From a virus (lineage: Duplodnaviria > Caudoviricetes): a stretch of 54,141 bases of DNA. The stretch lies in IMG/VR virus record IMGVR_UViG_3300027833_000066, positions 1-54,141 of that record; one strand, written 5' to 3'. Below, piece after piece: positions 29,996 through 38,464 of the stretch. Made by a program: the position numbers and the translations under genes. Within the stretch, counting starts at the first letter, position 1. Every line of letters begins with the position of its first letter. The notes under the pieces were generated by a model, which worked only from the letters and a program-made list of their open reading frames with translations, ran no database searches and was not told the DNA's origin.

Positions 29996-30425
29996 CAATA
30001 TAATAGTGTCATGGACGCCAGCTTCAATGTTGGAAATAACACTAAATGAACCTGATGATTTTCTGAAGATTAGAGAAACATTAACGCGCATTGGCGTAGC
30101 ATCTAGGAAAGATTCTAAGCTATATCAATCGTGTCATATTCTGCATAAACAAGGTCGATATTTTATAGTTCACTTTAAAGAACTATTCTTATTGGATGGA
30201 AAACCATCTAATTTGCTATTGAATGACGTTCAGCGCAGAAATACAATCGCTACTTTACTTTCTGATTGGGGTCTCATTACGTTTGTTACCGCATCCCAAG
30301 CTGAAGATATTGCACCATTGCGACAAATTAAAGTCATTCCATATAAAGAAAAATCGGAATGGCAGTTGTGCCCTAAGTACAATATAGGTAACAGCAACAA
30401 AGATTATGATAAGAAAGCTATATAA
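29979..30425 (+). CDS. regA: Translational repressor RegA
   Basis: PDDFLKIRETLTRIGVAS, LYQSCHILHKQGRYFIVHFKELF. Confidence 0.97.
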   Translation: MENENNNIIVSWTPASMLEITLNEPDDFLKIRETLTRIGVASRKDSKLYQSCHILHKQGRYFIVHFKELFLLDGKPSNLLLNDVQRRNTIATLLSDWGLITFVTASQAEDIAPLRQIKVIPYKEKSEWQLCPKYNIGNSNKDYDKKAI

Positions 30426-30510
30426 GAAATTTAACAAATTAATGAAGTGTGGTCGAATTCACAGAATTTTGAATAAGATCACATAATTAATAAAACAGGA
30501 AAAAAACCTG

Positions 30511-30583
30511 TATAAATAATAATGGATTGCCCATTAGGGGATCTGAATATTAACCTTGCTAATATCCTTAGGAGGAATTAAAA
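30511..30583 (+). promoter_or_regulatory. Late promoter (30511-30518) and ROSE-like RNA thermometer leader of hsp20
   Basis: CCTTGCT (30554-30560) can pair with the SD AGGAGG (30570-30575) leaving a bulged G; upstream hairpin at 30524-30544. Confidence 0.7.
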
Positions 30584-31036
30584 ATGGTAAGAAATACTAT
30601 GAACGTGCCTCGTTCTTTATTCATCGGGTTTGAACCCATACTAAACGAACTTGAAAGAATCCACTCAGCTGGAAGATCCCAAGATAACTATCCACCCCAC
30701 AATGTTGTAAAAATCGATGATGAAAACTTCATTATTGAACTTGCTGTGGCTGGTTTTGGCGAAGAAGATATCTTCATTGAAGTCAAGGATGGAATTCTTT
30801 TAGTTAAAGGTGATAGCGCTAATGATGAAAGAGAGTATGCATATAAAGGTATATCGTCCCGCAAATTTGAGAAGAGCTTCCGACTCTCAGAATTTGTCGT
30901 AATTGACGGGGCCTCAATGGTGAACGGAATACTTGTGGTGAATGCCAGGGTTGAAGTTCCAGAAGAGAGGAGACCTAGGAAGATCGAAATCGGATCTACT
31001 GGGACATCAAAGAAGAAGTCATTCATTCAAGATTGA
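30584..31036 (+). CDS. hsp20: Small heat shock protein (Hsp20/IbpA-like)
   Basis: NYPPHNV, IELAVAGF, KGISSRKF, NGIL, PEERRPRKI. Confidence 0.95.
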   Translation: MVRNTMNVPRSLFIGFEPILNELERIHSAGRSQDNYPPHNVVKIDDENFIIELAVAGFGEEDIFIEVKDGILLVKGDSANDEREYAYKGISSRKFEKSFRLSEFVVIDGASMVNGILVVNARVEVPEERRPRKIEIGSTGTSKKKSFIQD

Positions 31037-31095
31037 ATGGCGGTGAGCAGCGAAAACTCAGTGGATTGTAATAAACCATCTACTGGAGTTAAATA

Positions 31096-31215
31096 ATGGG
31101 CTATATAAGAAAGCACAAAGCCGAACTCAGATCTGGCTTCGAAGCAATTATGATGATTGGAGTGTCAATGTTGATTGCTCCAACTATGATAATTCTTCAG
31201 GCCGCAAGTCTGTAG
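31096..31215 (+). CDS. Small membrane peptide (39 aa; not in the ORF track)
   Basis: GGAG RBS; MGYIRKHKAELRSGFEAIMMIGVSMLIAPTMIILQAASL. Confidence 0.55.
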   Translation: MGYIRKHKAELRSGFEAIMMIGVSMLIAPTMIILQAASL

Positions 31216-31229
31216 CGCAAAAACCTGAA

Positions 31230-31260
31230 TGGGAGGCGTCACAACCTCCCTATTCTTTTA
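31230..31260 (+). terminator. Intrinsic terminator before the gp43 promoter
   Basis: GGGAGG-CGTCACAA-CCTCCC followed by TATTCTTTT. Confidence 0.75.
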
Positions 31261-31270
31261 AAAATAAGCC

Positions 31271-31299
31271 TGTACAATACCTTGAAAGTGTGATATAAT
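31271..31299 (+). promoter_or_regulatory. Early/middle promoter for gp43
   Basis: TGTACA-17 nt-TATAAT with TG extension. Confidence 0.85.
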
Positions 31300-31325
31300 A
31301 TACTATTATTCAGCATGGATACATT

Positions 31326-33836
31326 ATGAAATTCTATACATCTATATCTCGTTACGGTAATCAGCTTCTATTTCGTGGTTATGACAACGGCAAAAAAATA
31401 CAACAAAAAATTAAATATGAACCTACCTTCTTTGTTAATACAACAAAGCCTTCTGGTTGGTCAGCACTCGATGGGACAAAGGTTGCTCCCGTAAAATTCG
31501 AATCAATGCGCGATGCTAAAGAATGGTTACAAGTTAATCAGCAAACAGCAGGTCGGCATATCTATGGTAACAATAAGCATATTCCAGCTTACATCAACGA
31601 AGCATTCCCTGGTGATATCAAATTTGATCGTAACTTAATCAATGTAACTTCAATTGATATTGAGGTTCAATCTGATTCTGGATTCCCTGAGCCTGAAGAA
31701 GCTGCTCACGAAATCACAGCAATCGGTATGAAAAATAACATTGATAACACATATTACGTGTGGGGTTTAAAACCTTACGATGTAGAAAAAACATACATGA
31801 AAGATTGTCGTGTAGTCTATAAGGAATGCGCTACTGAATCTCAATTGTTACTCGAGTATATTGCTCATTGGTCTAGTCCATCGCAATGTCCTGATGTAAT
31901 CACAGGGTGGAATTCAAGGTTCTTTGATATACCATATATCGTCAATCGCATCCTAAGAATCCATGGCGAAGAATTCGCTAAACGATTATCACCTTGGGGA
32001 TTAGTTGATCGTAGAGATATCACAACTATGCAGCGTAAACAATGCGCATATGAAATCCAAGGTATTGCTCAAATGGATTACCTTGAACTATTCAAAAAGT
32101 TTGGTTACTCTTACGGCCCTCAAGAAACATATAAACTTGATCATATTGCTCACGTAGTTCTTGGTGAAAACAAGCTTTCATACGAAGAGCATGGTAACCT
32201 ACACACTCTTTACAAATACGATCACCAAAAGTTTATTGACTACAACATTAAAGATGTTGAATTGGTAGATCGCTTGGAAGATAAGATGGGTCTCATTACA
32301 CTAGCTCTCACCATGGCATATCGCGGTGGTGTTAACTATGGTGACGTAATGGGTACTACAGCAATCTGGGATGCTATCATCTTTAGAAATCTGTATGCTA
32401 ATAATGTGATTGTACCCTTTGCTGAGGAAAAGTTTAAGTCTCCATATCCTGGCGGTTACGTCAAAGATCCTAAAACTGGAATGCACGAATGGGTAGTTTC
32501 TTTTGACTTAAACTCACTATATCCTTCAATCATTATGCAGTATAACATGTCTCCTGAAACTATTATCAGTGGAAAGGTTGGCAATGTTACTGTAGATAAA
32601 CTTTCTGAATCTCCAGTAACTCCACCTAGAACTAGCAATGAATGTATGGCAGCGTCTGGTCAGTATTTTACTACTGATAAGCAGGGGATACTACCTAAGA
32701 TTATTGATCAAATGTACAGCGAACGTGTTGTCATTAAACGTCAAATGATTGCAGCTCAGAAGGAACTAGAAAAAGTAGACAAAACTAATAAGACCGAATT
32801 GTATAAAATCCAACGTGATATTAGTATTGCTGAAAATCAACAAATGTCTATTAAGATTCTTCTTAACAGTTTATATGGTGCGTTAGGTAATAAGTACTTT
32901 AGATTCTTTGATCAACGTATCGCTGAAGGTATTACCTTAACCGGCCAGCTTACTATTCGCTGGGCTGAAACTGCCATCAATGATTATCTTAGAAAAATAC
33001 TTAAAACCAAAAAGGATTACGTTGTTGCTATTGATACTGATTCTGTTTACGTAGTGCTAGATGATCTAGTTAAAGCAGTCAGTCCGGTTAACCCATTGGA
33101 ATTTGTTGATACAGTTTGCAAGGAAAAGCTTGAAACTGTCTTGGAAGATTCTTATACTAAACTATTTGAAATGCTTGGTGGCATTGAAAATCGAATGGTT
33201 ATGAAACGTGAAGCTATCGCCGATCGTGGCATCTGGACAGCAAAGAAAAGGTATATCCTTAATGTACTAGACAACGAAGGTGTTCGCTACGCTGAGCCAA
33301 AGCTTAAGATCATGGGCATTGAAGCTATTAAATCTTCAACACCAGCTCCATGTCGAGCGGCACTTAAGCAAATGTTTAAAACCATTATTGCTGGCGATGA
33401 AGTTCTAGTTCAACAGGAAATTGAAACATTCCGCAATCACTTCAAATCATTACCGCCTCATGAAATTGCTTTCCCTCGTGGAGTAACTAACCTTACGCAA
33501 TACATGGATAACCTTAAGATATACAAGAAAGGTACTCCAATTCATTGTAGAGGCAGTATCTTACACAACAAACTGATTGGAGATTTATCTCTAAAGAATC
33601 AGTATAACAAAATCCAAAATGGTGAAAAGATCAAATTCGTCTATCTTCGTACTCCAAACAAAATCAAGGAAAACGTTATCGCCTTTGGTGATTACCTTCC
33701 AGAGGAGTTTGGATTACATCGGTTTATTGATTATGATACTCAATTCAACAAAACGTTCTTGGATGCTATTGAACCTATTCTATCTGCCATAGGATGGACA
33801 TCTGCTGAGGTAGCAACATTGGATGAATTCTTTTAA
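31326..33836 (+). CDS. gp43: Family B DNA polymerase gp43
   Basis: DIEV exonuclease motif, SFDLNSLYPSII, KILLNSLYGALG, IDTDS, KKRY. Confidence 0.98.
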   Translation: MKFYTSISRYGNQLLFRGYDNGKKIQQKIKYEPTFFVNTTKPSGWSALDGTKVAPVKFESMRDAKEWLQVNQQTAGRHIYGNNKHIPAYINEAFPGDIKFDRNLINVTSIDIEVQSDSGFPEPEEAAHEITAIGMKNNIDNTYYVWGLKPYDVEKTYMKDCRVVYKECATESQLLLEYIAHWSSPSQCPDVITGWNSRFFDIPYIVNRILRIHGEEFAKRLSPWGLVDRRDITTMQRKQCAYEIQGIAQMDYLELFKKFGYSYGPQETYKLDHIAHVVLGENKLSYEEHGNLHTLYKYDHQKFIDYNIKDVELVDRLEDKMGLITLALTMAYRGGVNYGDVMGTTAIWDAIIFRNLYANNVIVPFAEEKFKSPYPGGYVKDPKTGMHEWVVSFDLNSLYPSIIMQYNMSPETIISGKVGNVTVDKLSESPVTPPRTSNECMAASGQYFTTDKQGILPKIIDQMYSERVVIKRQMIAAQKELEKVDKTNKTELYKIQRDISIAENQQMSIKILLNSLYGALGNKYFRFFDQRIAEGITLTGQLTIRWAETAINDYLRKILKTKKDYVVAIDTDSVYVVLDDLVKAVSPVNPLEFVDTVCKEKLETVLEDSYTKLFEMLGGIENRMVMKREAIADRGIWTAKKRYILNVLDNEGVRYAEPKLKIMGIEAIKSSTPAPCRAALKQMFKTIIAGDEVLVQQEIETFRNHFKSLPPHEIAFPRGVTNLTQYMDNLKIYKKGTPIHCRGSILHNKLIGDLSLKNQYNKIQNGEKIKFVYLRTPNKIKENVIAFGDYLPEEFGLHRFIDYDTQFNKTFLDAIEPILSAIGWTSAEVATLDEFF

Positions 33837-33844
33837 AAAAACAG

Positions 33845-33873
33845 TGTACAAACAACTAAAACTATGTTATAAT
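33845..33873 (+). promoter_or_regulatory. Early/middle promoter
   Basis: TGTACA-17 nt-TATAAT. Confidence 0.85.
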
Positions 33874-33897
33874 AGATCTATTACTAAGGAGAAAAAC

Positions 33898-34188
33898 ATG
33901 TCAGACATTAAATTATACAGGTTAACTACAGGCGAAGAAATTGTAGCACAGTACGTAGGTGATTACCCTGATGGACATTATGTTCAAAACCCGATCGCAA
34001 TGTATGCGGCCGAAGAAGGCAAAATTGGCTTCATGCCATTCATGCCATATACTGATGCTGCAGATGGATTAGAAATTAAAGATACAAATATTGTGTTTAT
34101 TCTTAATCCCATCCCCGAAATCATTGCTCAGTACGAGCAAGCAACTAGTACCATTATGGTACCACCAAAGCAAGGAATTATTGTATGA
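33898..34188 (+). CDS. Hypothetical Sm-like protein (start revised from 33823)
   Basis: AAGGAG RBS; LYRLTTGEEIVA..GFMPFMPY. Confidence 0.75.
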   Translation: MSDIKLYRLTTGEEIVAQYVGDYPDGHYVQNPIAMYAAEEGKIGFMPFMPYTDAADGLEIKDTNIVFILNPIPEIIAQYEQATSTIMVPPKQGIIV

Positions 34189-34586
34189 GTGTAGATTGGG
34201 TAAGAGATATTGCAGAAATGCACCAAAAGTATGGTGTACACGAATGGATTAAAAATAATCCTGAAAAGCTTGAGCAATTGTTACATTTTCGTGTAGCATT
34301 TCTTAAGGAAGAGTTTGATGAAACGTTTAAAGCTACAGGCGAAAAGGATGCTGAAGAAATCGTTGATGGTCTTATTGATCTATGTGTAGTGGCAATTGGA
34401 ACACTAGATCTATTTGGTATTGACGCTCACAAAGCATGGCAAGAAGTCCATAGCGCAAACATGTCAAAGGAAGTAGGTGTCAAGGAATCTAGACCAAATC
34501 CATTAGGACTACCAGATCTCATTAAACCTGAAGGCTGGACAGCTCCATCACATGAGTATAATCATGGTCGCCTTAACAATATTTGA
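34185..34586 (+). CDS. MazG/PRA-PH-like all-alpha NTP pyrophosphohydrolase
   Basis: FLKEEFDE..EEIVDGLIDL..EVHSANMSK..KPEGW. Confidence 0.88.
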   Translation: MSVDWVRDIAEMHQKYGVHEWIKNNPEKLEQLLHFRVAFLKEEFDETFKATGEKDAEEIVDGLIDLCVVAIGTLDLFGIDAHKAWQEVHSANMSKEVGVKESRPNPLGLPDLIKPEGWTAPSHEYNHGRLNNI

Positions 34587-35481
34587 TAACATATACGACA
34601 ACAAAACCAACAAACGTATGGATTATAACACGTTTGATGAATTTGAAAGCGTATTATACAAATTGGCTAATGGTGATAAGTATCAAAAGAAAACTGATGC
34701 ACCTTTAATATCACCAGCCACATATAAGACCGGAACCACCCGAGCTAATAGTAATGTTACTGCTTGGGGTGGTTTCGGCATTGTCGATGTTGATGACTAC
34801 GAAGGCGATATTGCTGATATTGAAAAGAAGTATTCGCAATATCGCTACGTATGTTACTCTACCGCAAGTTCTACTAAAGAACGTTTAAAATTTAGATTAG
34901 TATTCCCTTTAACAGCAGAAGTACCAGCAGATAAAATCAAACATTTCTGGTACGCGCTTAACAAAGAAATCGGAGATATTGCAGATGCACAAACTAAAGA
35001 CCTCAGCCGAATGTATTACGTACCAAGTCAATACAAAGGGGCTTACAATTTCATCTTCTCACATTCTGGATCTACAATGGATCCCACCGCTCTCATGGAA
35101 TCTCACAGATACGTCGTACAGTCTGAATCATTTTTCGATAAGCTTCCAGAGTCAATTCGAAACGGACTTATTGAGCATAGAAAATCCCAGCTAAAAAATA
35201 CAAGTTTTACATGGACTGGGTATAAAGATTGTCCATTTGTAAATAAAAAGCAAGTTGAAGAATATAAAGTTATTAATGGCGGTGGATGGTATCTACAAAT
35301 GTACAAGATTATGGTATCCACAGCAGGCAATGCTTTACAACGAGGTTATCCAATTACTTCCAAAGAAATTGAATGGATTTGTAGAGATCTGGATAACGAA
35401 ACTGGTGGTTGGTATGGAAAACGTGACATAGCTAAGGAAGCTGATAGAGCTATAGAATTCGTATTTAAAAACAATATATAG
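34552..35481 (+). CDS. AEP-superfamily primase-like protein (alternative start 34564)
   Basis: IVDVDD catalytic-like motif, YSTASS...KFRLVFPL, DLSRMYY, and a helical C-terminal domain. Confidence 0.65.
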   Translation: MSIIMVALTIFDNIYDNKTNKRMDYNTFDEFESVLYKLANGDKYQKKTDAPLISPATYKTGTTRANSNVTAWGGFGIVDVDDYEGDIADIEKKYSQYRYVCYSTASSTKERLKFRLVFPLTAEVPADKIKHFWYALNKEIGDIADAQTKDLSRMYYVPSQYKGAYNFIFSHSGSTMDPTALMESHRYVVQSESFFDKLPESIRNGLIEHRKSQLKNTSFTWTGYKDCPFVNKKQVEEYKVINGGGWYLQMYKIMVSTAGNALQRGYPITSKEIEWICRDLDNETGGWYGKRDIAKEADRAIEFVFKNNI

Positions 35482-35490
35482 GATTATATT

Positions 35491-36021
35491 ATGTTAGAGA
35501 AATTTGAAGAAATAACTATGAAAATTTTAATTTGGGTTTGTGTCTTAGCGTGGCCAGTATTAATATTGGTCTTAATTCTAGCTCCAATGGCTCAAGCTTC
35601 CGATGAAAATGGTGATGTGTTTTGCATGGCTAAGAACATCTATTTTGAAGCTGGCAATCAACCACTTGCTGGTAAACTTGCAGTATCTCATGTAGTTTTA
35701 AACAGAGTTATGAGTGATGAATATCCAAATAATGTTTGTGATGTAGTCTATCAAGCGCAATGGTTTGAAAATTGGAAAGGCACAACTATTCCAGTAAGAC
35801 ATATGTGTCAATTCAGCTGGTTTTGCGATGGCAAGTCTGACGTACCTGAAGACAGTGCTACATGGAATTCATCTTTAAAGATTGCGGCTAATTTAATGTA
35901 TTATAGAAATCAAGATATTACTGAAGGCGCAACGCATTATCACGCAGATAATGTTCACCCATATTGGGCAGACAGTTTGAATAGAACAGTCACAATTGAC
36001 CAACATATTTTTTACAAATAG
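35491..36021 (+). CDS. SleB-like cell wall hydrolase (Hydrolase_2) with N-terminal membrane segment
   Basis: NIYFEA, VVLNRV, CQFSWFCDG, GATHYHA, HIFYK. Confidence 0.92.
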   Translation: MLEKFEEITMKILIWVCVLAWPVLILVLILAPMAQASDENGDVFCMAKNIYFEAGNQPLAGKLAVSHVVLNRVMSDEYPNNVCDVVYQAQWFENWKGTTIPVRHMCQFSWFCDGKSDVPEDSATWNSSLKIAANLMYYRNQDITEGATHYHADNVHPYWADSLNRTVTIDQHIFYK

Positions 36022-36072
36022 TTATATCCATATAACAAAATGATCTAAAAAAACAGTGTACAAACTGCTTCT

Positions 36073-36120
36073 ACTATGGTATAATAGTCTTATAAACTGA
36101 TAAGGAACTACATTATGAAA
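36073..36120 (+). repeat. 48-bp early promoter-RBS-ATG cassette, copy 2 (-35 TGTACA at 36057-36062)
   Basis: Identical to copy 3 at 47650-47697. Confidence 0.9.
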
Positions 36121-36603
36121 TTTAAACTTGACGACCTAAACATCGATACTAATGAATTTAGACAACGCGCTTTAGAAGAAGCCATTCTGATTAAGTCTAA
36201 TAAGAAAGACTCTCATAGAGATCTTGAGGGTAATATATTACCTATGGTTATGAAAGGGCATTATGCTGAATGGATTGGCATGACTGAACTAAATCATACC
36301 GATAACCCAGAACCATATCATGACACGTTTGATCATGAAGGCGTTGACTCAGATCATAAAGTTAGCTATAGTAAAATCCAGTTAAATAAAAATATAAGTG
36401 AGTATTCTTGGAGAGTTCAATCTCAAGAACGAACTGGCTGGCCTAAGTCTCAACTAGCTCATAGAGTATACGGTTGGGTTGGTGATGCTATCAGCGGTGA
36501 CTACGAATTAGTGGGCATATATAACTATGATAAAGAAACTAAAAAAATGGTGTACACAGCCCCTGAAACATGTTATAATAGATCTTTAAGTTTTGAGGTA
36601 TAA
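36115..36603 (+). CDS. Hypothetical early protein, possible PD-(D/E)xK nuclease
   Basis: GHYAE...PYHD...DSDHK spacing resembles E..D..(D/E)xK. Confidence 0.55.
   Translation: MKFKLDDLNIDTNEFRQRALEEAILIKSNKKDSHRDLEGNILPMVMKGHYAEWIGMTELNHTDNPEPYHDTFDHEGVDSDHKVSYSKIQLNKNISEYSWRVQSQERTGWPKSQLAHRVYGWVGDAISGDYELVGIYNYDKETKKMVYTAPETCYNRSLSFEV
36551..36579 (+). promoter_or_regulatory. Early/middle promoter for the nucleotide modification genes, embedded in the upstream CDS
   Basis: TGTACA-17 nt-TATAAT. Confidence 0.8.
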
Positions 36604-36609
36604 TAAGTA

Positions 36610-36924
36610 ATGGCAAAGTACGATGATCAAAAACCACCATTAGGCTTGATTCCACCAGAATGTCTTGAAGACATTGCTGTCGTATTTGGCTTTGGCGCTG
36701 AAAAGTATGGTGTAAACAATTGGCGTGATGACCAACATGAAACTAGCTGGATACGTACGTATTCTTCTATTCAACGTCATCTAAACAAATGGCACAGTGG
36801 CGAAGATATAGATCCAGAATCTGGTATGTCTCACTTAGCTCACGCAACAACTCAGTTAATGATTTTAATGACAGCTCAATCCGAGCATCCCGAAGTTGAC
36901 GATAGGTATCGAAAAAATGCATAA
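36610..36924 (+). CDS. dATP/dGTP diphosphohydrolase-like protein (DUF5664-like)
   Basis: KYDDQK..LIPP..FGAEKYGVNNW..RHL..GEDIDPESGMSHLAHA. Confidence 0.85.
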   Translation: MAKYDDQKPPLGLIPPECLEDIAVVFGFGAEKYGVNNWRDDQHETSWIRTYSSIQRHLNKWHSGEDIDPESGMSHLAHATTQLMILMTAQSEHPEVDDRYRKNA

Positions 36925-37585
36925 CACAATTGATGATGTACGTTCATATTTTATAAATGAATTGTTCTGTAGAAACTTTACAGAAGATCGCACCGGCGGT
37001 AAAACTATTGAATTGCTAGGTGCTTCATTCTTAGCATCAGAAAATGCTATCTTTGGTAAACCTAACCAAGATTACATTGATGCTGAAATTGATTGGTATA
37101 ATTCACAATCAACTAATATCAATGATATCTATGGAACTGGCTTTGATGATAAAAAGCCACCGCAAGCATGGCGAATGACTGCAAATCAACATGGTGAAAT
37201 CAATTCAAACTATGGTCATTTGATTGAAGCTGATAAATACTTTAATCAATGGGATCGTGCTTTAACTGAATTGTTGACTAATCCAGATTCTCGTAGAGCT
37301 TCAATGATCTATACACGTCCATCAATATGGAATGAGTATAATGAAAATGGTAAGAATGATTTCATTTGCACTAACTCAGTCACATATTATATCCGTGATG
37401 ACAAAGTCCATTGTGTAGTTCAAATGCGTTCTAACGATGTTATATTCGGTTACCGTAATGATTACGCATGGCAGCTTCATGTCTTACAACACATGGCTGA
37501 AGATCTTGGTCATGAAGTAGGTGATATCCATTGGCAAGTTCAAAACCTTCATGTGTACGAACGCCATTTTGACTTGGTACTATAA
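36917..37585 (+). CDS. gp42: dCMP hydroxymethylase (T4 gp42-like, thymidylate synthase fold)
   Basis: NSNYG, DFICTN, QMRSNDVIFGYRNDYAWQ and LHVYERHF closely match T4 gp42, including the dCMP-specifying Asp. Confidence 0.88.
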   Translation: MHNTIDDVRSYFINELFCRNFTEDRTGGKTIELLGASFLASENAIFGKPNQDYIDAEIDWYNSQSTNINDIYGTGFDDKKPPQAWRMTANQHGEINSNYGHLIEADKYFNQWDRALTELLTNPDSRRASMIYTRPSIWNEYNENGKNDFICTNSVTYYIRDDKVHCVVQMRSNDVIFGYRNDYAWQLHVLQHMAEDLGHEVGDIHWQVQNLHVYERHFDLVL

Positions 37586-38034
37586 TGAATAAATATAAGT
37601 GGGATAAGCGATTTTTAAACTTAGCAGGACAAATTGCTACGTGGTCTAAGGATCCATCAACTAAGGTTGGAGCTGTGGCTGTTGGTTCCAAAGGACAAAT
37701 TCTAGCGCAAGGTTATAATGGTTTCCCTAGAGGTATTAATGATTCTGCTGATAGATTAAAACACAGGCAAGCTAAGTATCAATTCGTAGTACATGCAGAA
37801 ATGAACTGTATATATAATGCTACATATAATGGCGTTTCATTAGATGGCGCTACGTTATATATTCAAGGATTGCCATGTTGCGCAGAATGTGCTAAGGGTA
37901 TTATTCAAGTTGGAGTAGCAAGAGTAGTAACAAAGGGTTTAGATGATTCAACACCAGATCGTTGGTTAGAGTCAAATAAAATAACAGAAGAATTATTTGC
38001 GGAAGCAGGAGTTGTATACGATTACGTCGTATAA
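37585..38034 (+). CDS. cd: dCMP deaminase
   Basis: SKDPSTKVGA, GYNG, HAEMN, PCCAEC. Confidence 0.93.
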   Translation: MNKYKWDKRFLNLAGQIATWSKDPSTKVGAVAVGSKGQILAQGYNGFPRGINDSADRLKHRQAKYQFVVHAEMNCIYNATYNGVSLDGATLYIQGLPCCAECAKGIIQVGVARVVTKGLDDSTPDRWLESNKITEELFAEAGVVYDYVV

Positions 38035-38042
38035 GTATAATT

Positions 38043-38363
38043 ATGACAAAAGATAGATTTGATTTAGAACAAGCCATCATGGTTGCATGGAGTACATGCG
38101 AAGATATCGATTTAATTTATCACAATACTGATAACTTAAGTTTAAATGCTAAAGACGCTGATATTCTACAAAACCAATTATTAGGTTTAAGGTATATCAC
38201 TGAACTGCGCTTTGAAAAGATGTGGAGTGTATTTGAAGAGTTAATTGCTTTGCAAGCGCTTGAAGTGCCAGATACCGAAGACGTGTATAATAATGAAATG
38301 GAAGAATATTTAGCAATGAAGGATGGAATTGAGTCTGATAGTATTTGGAACTCAACGGAATAG
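38043..38363 (+). CDS. Hypothetical protein
   Basis: DRFDLEQAIM..LLGL..LRFEKMW; 106 aa. Confidence 0.75.
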   Translation: MTKDRFDLEQAIMVAWSTCEDIDLIYHNTDNLSLNAKDADILQNQLLGLRYITELRFEKMWSVFEELIALQALEVPDTEDVYNNEMEEYLAMKDGIESDSIWNSTE

Positions 38364-38369
38364 AATATT

Positions 38370-38446
38370 GCGCCTTTAGCTCAGCTGGATAGAGCAACGG
38401 CCTTCTAAGCCGTAGGTCAGTGGTTCGAATCCACTAAGGCGTACCA
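38370..38446 (+). tRNA. tRNA-Arg (anticodon TCT)
   Basis: Cloverleaf with GCGCCTT/AAGGCGT acceptor stem, TAGCTCAGCTGGATAGAGC D arm, ACGGC-CTTCTAA-GCCGT anticodon arm, GGTTCGAATCC T arm and encoded CCA. Confidence 0.97.
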
Positions 38447-38464
38447 AATTTTAATAAAGAGGAA

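Noticed and set aside
31326-33836. Introns or inteins in gp43 (also checked gp17, gp41, uvsX)
   Set aside because: The ORFs are continuous and of normal length, with no splicing motifs.
33823-33897. N-terminal extensions in the ORF track (also at 15208, 16850, 26943, 47993, 48564, 50331)
   Set aside because: They translate through promoters or upstream genes; downstream ATGs have a better RBS or stop-start coupling.
36917-37585. Ordinary thymidylate synthase ThyA, redundant with ThyX
   Set aside because: The RND-YAWQ Asp and DFICTN match dCMP hydroxymethylase rather than ThyA (Asn, LxPC).
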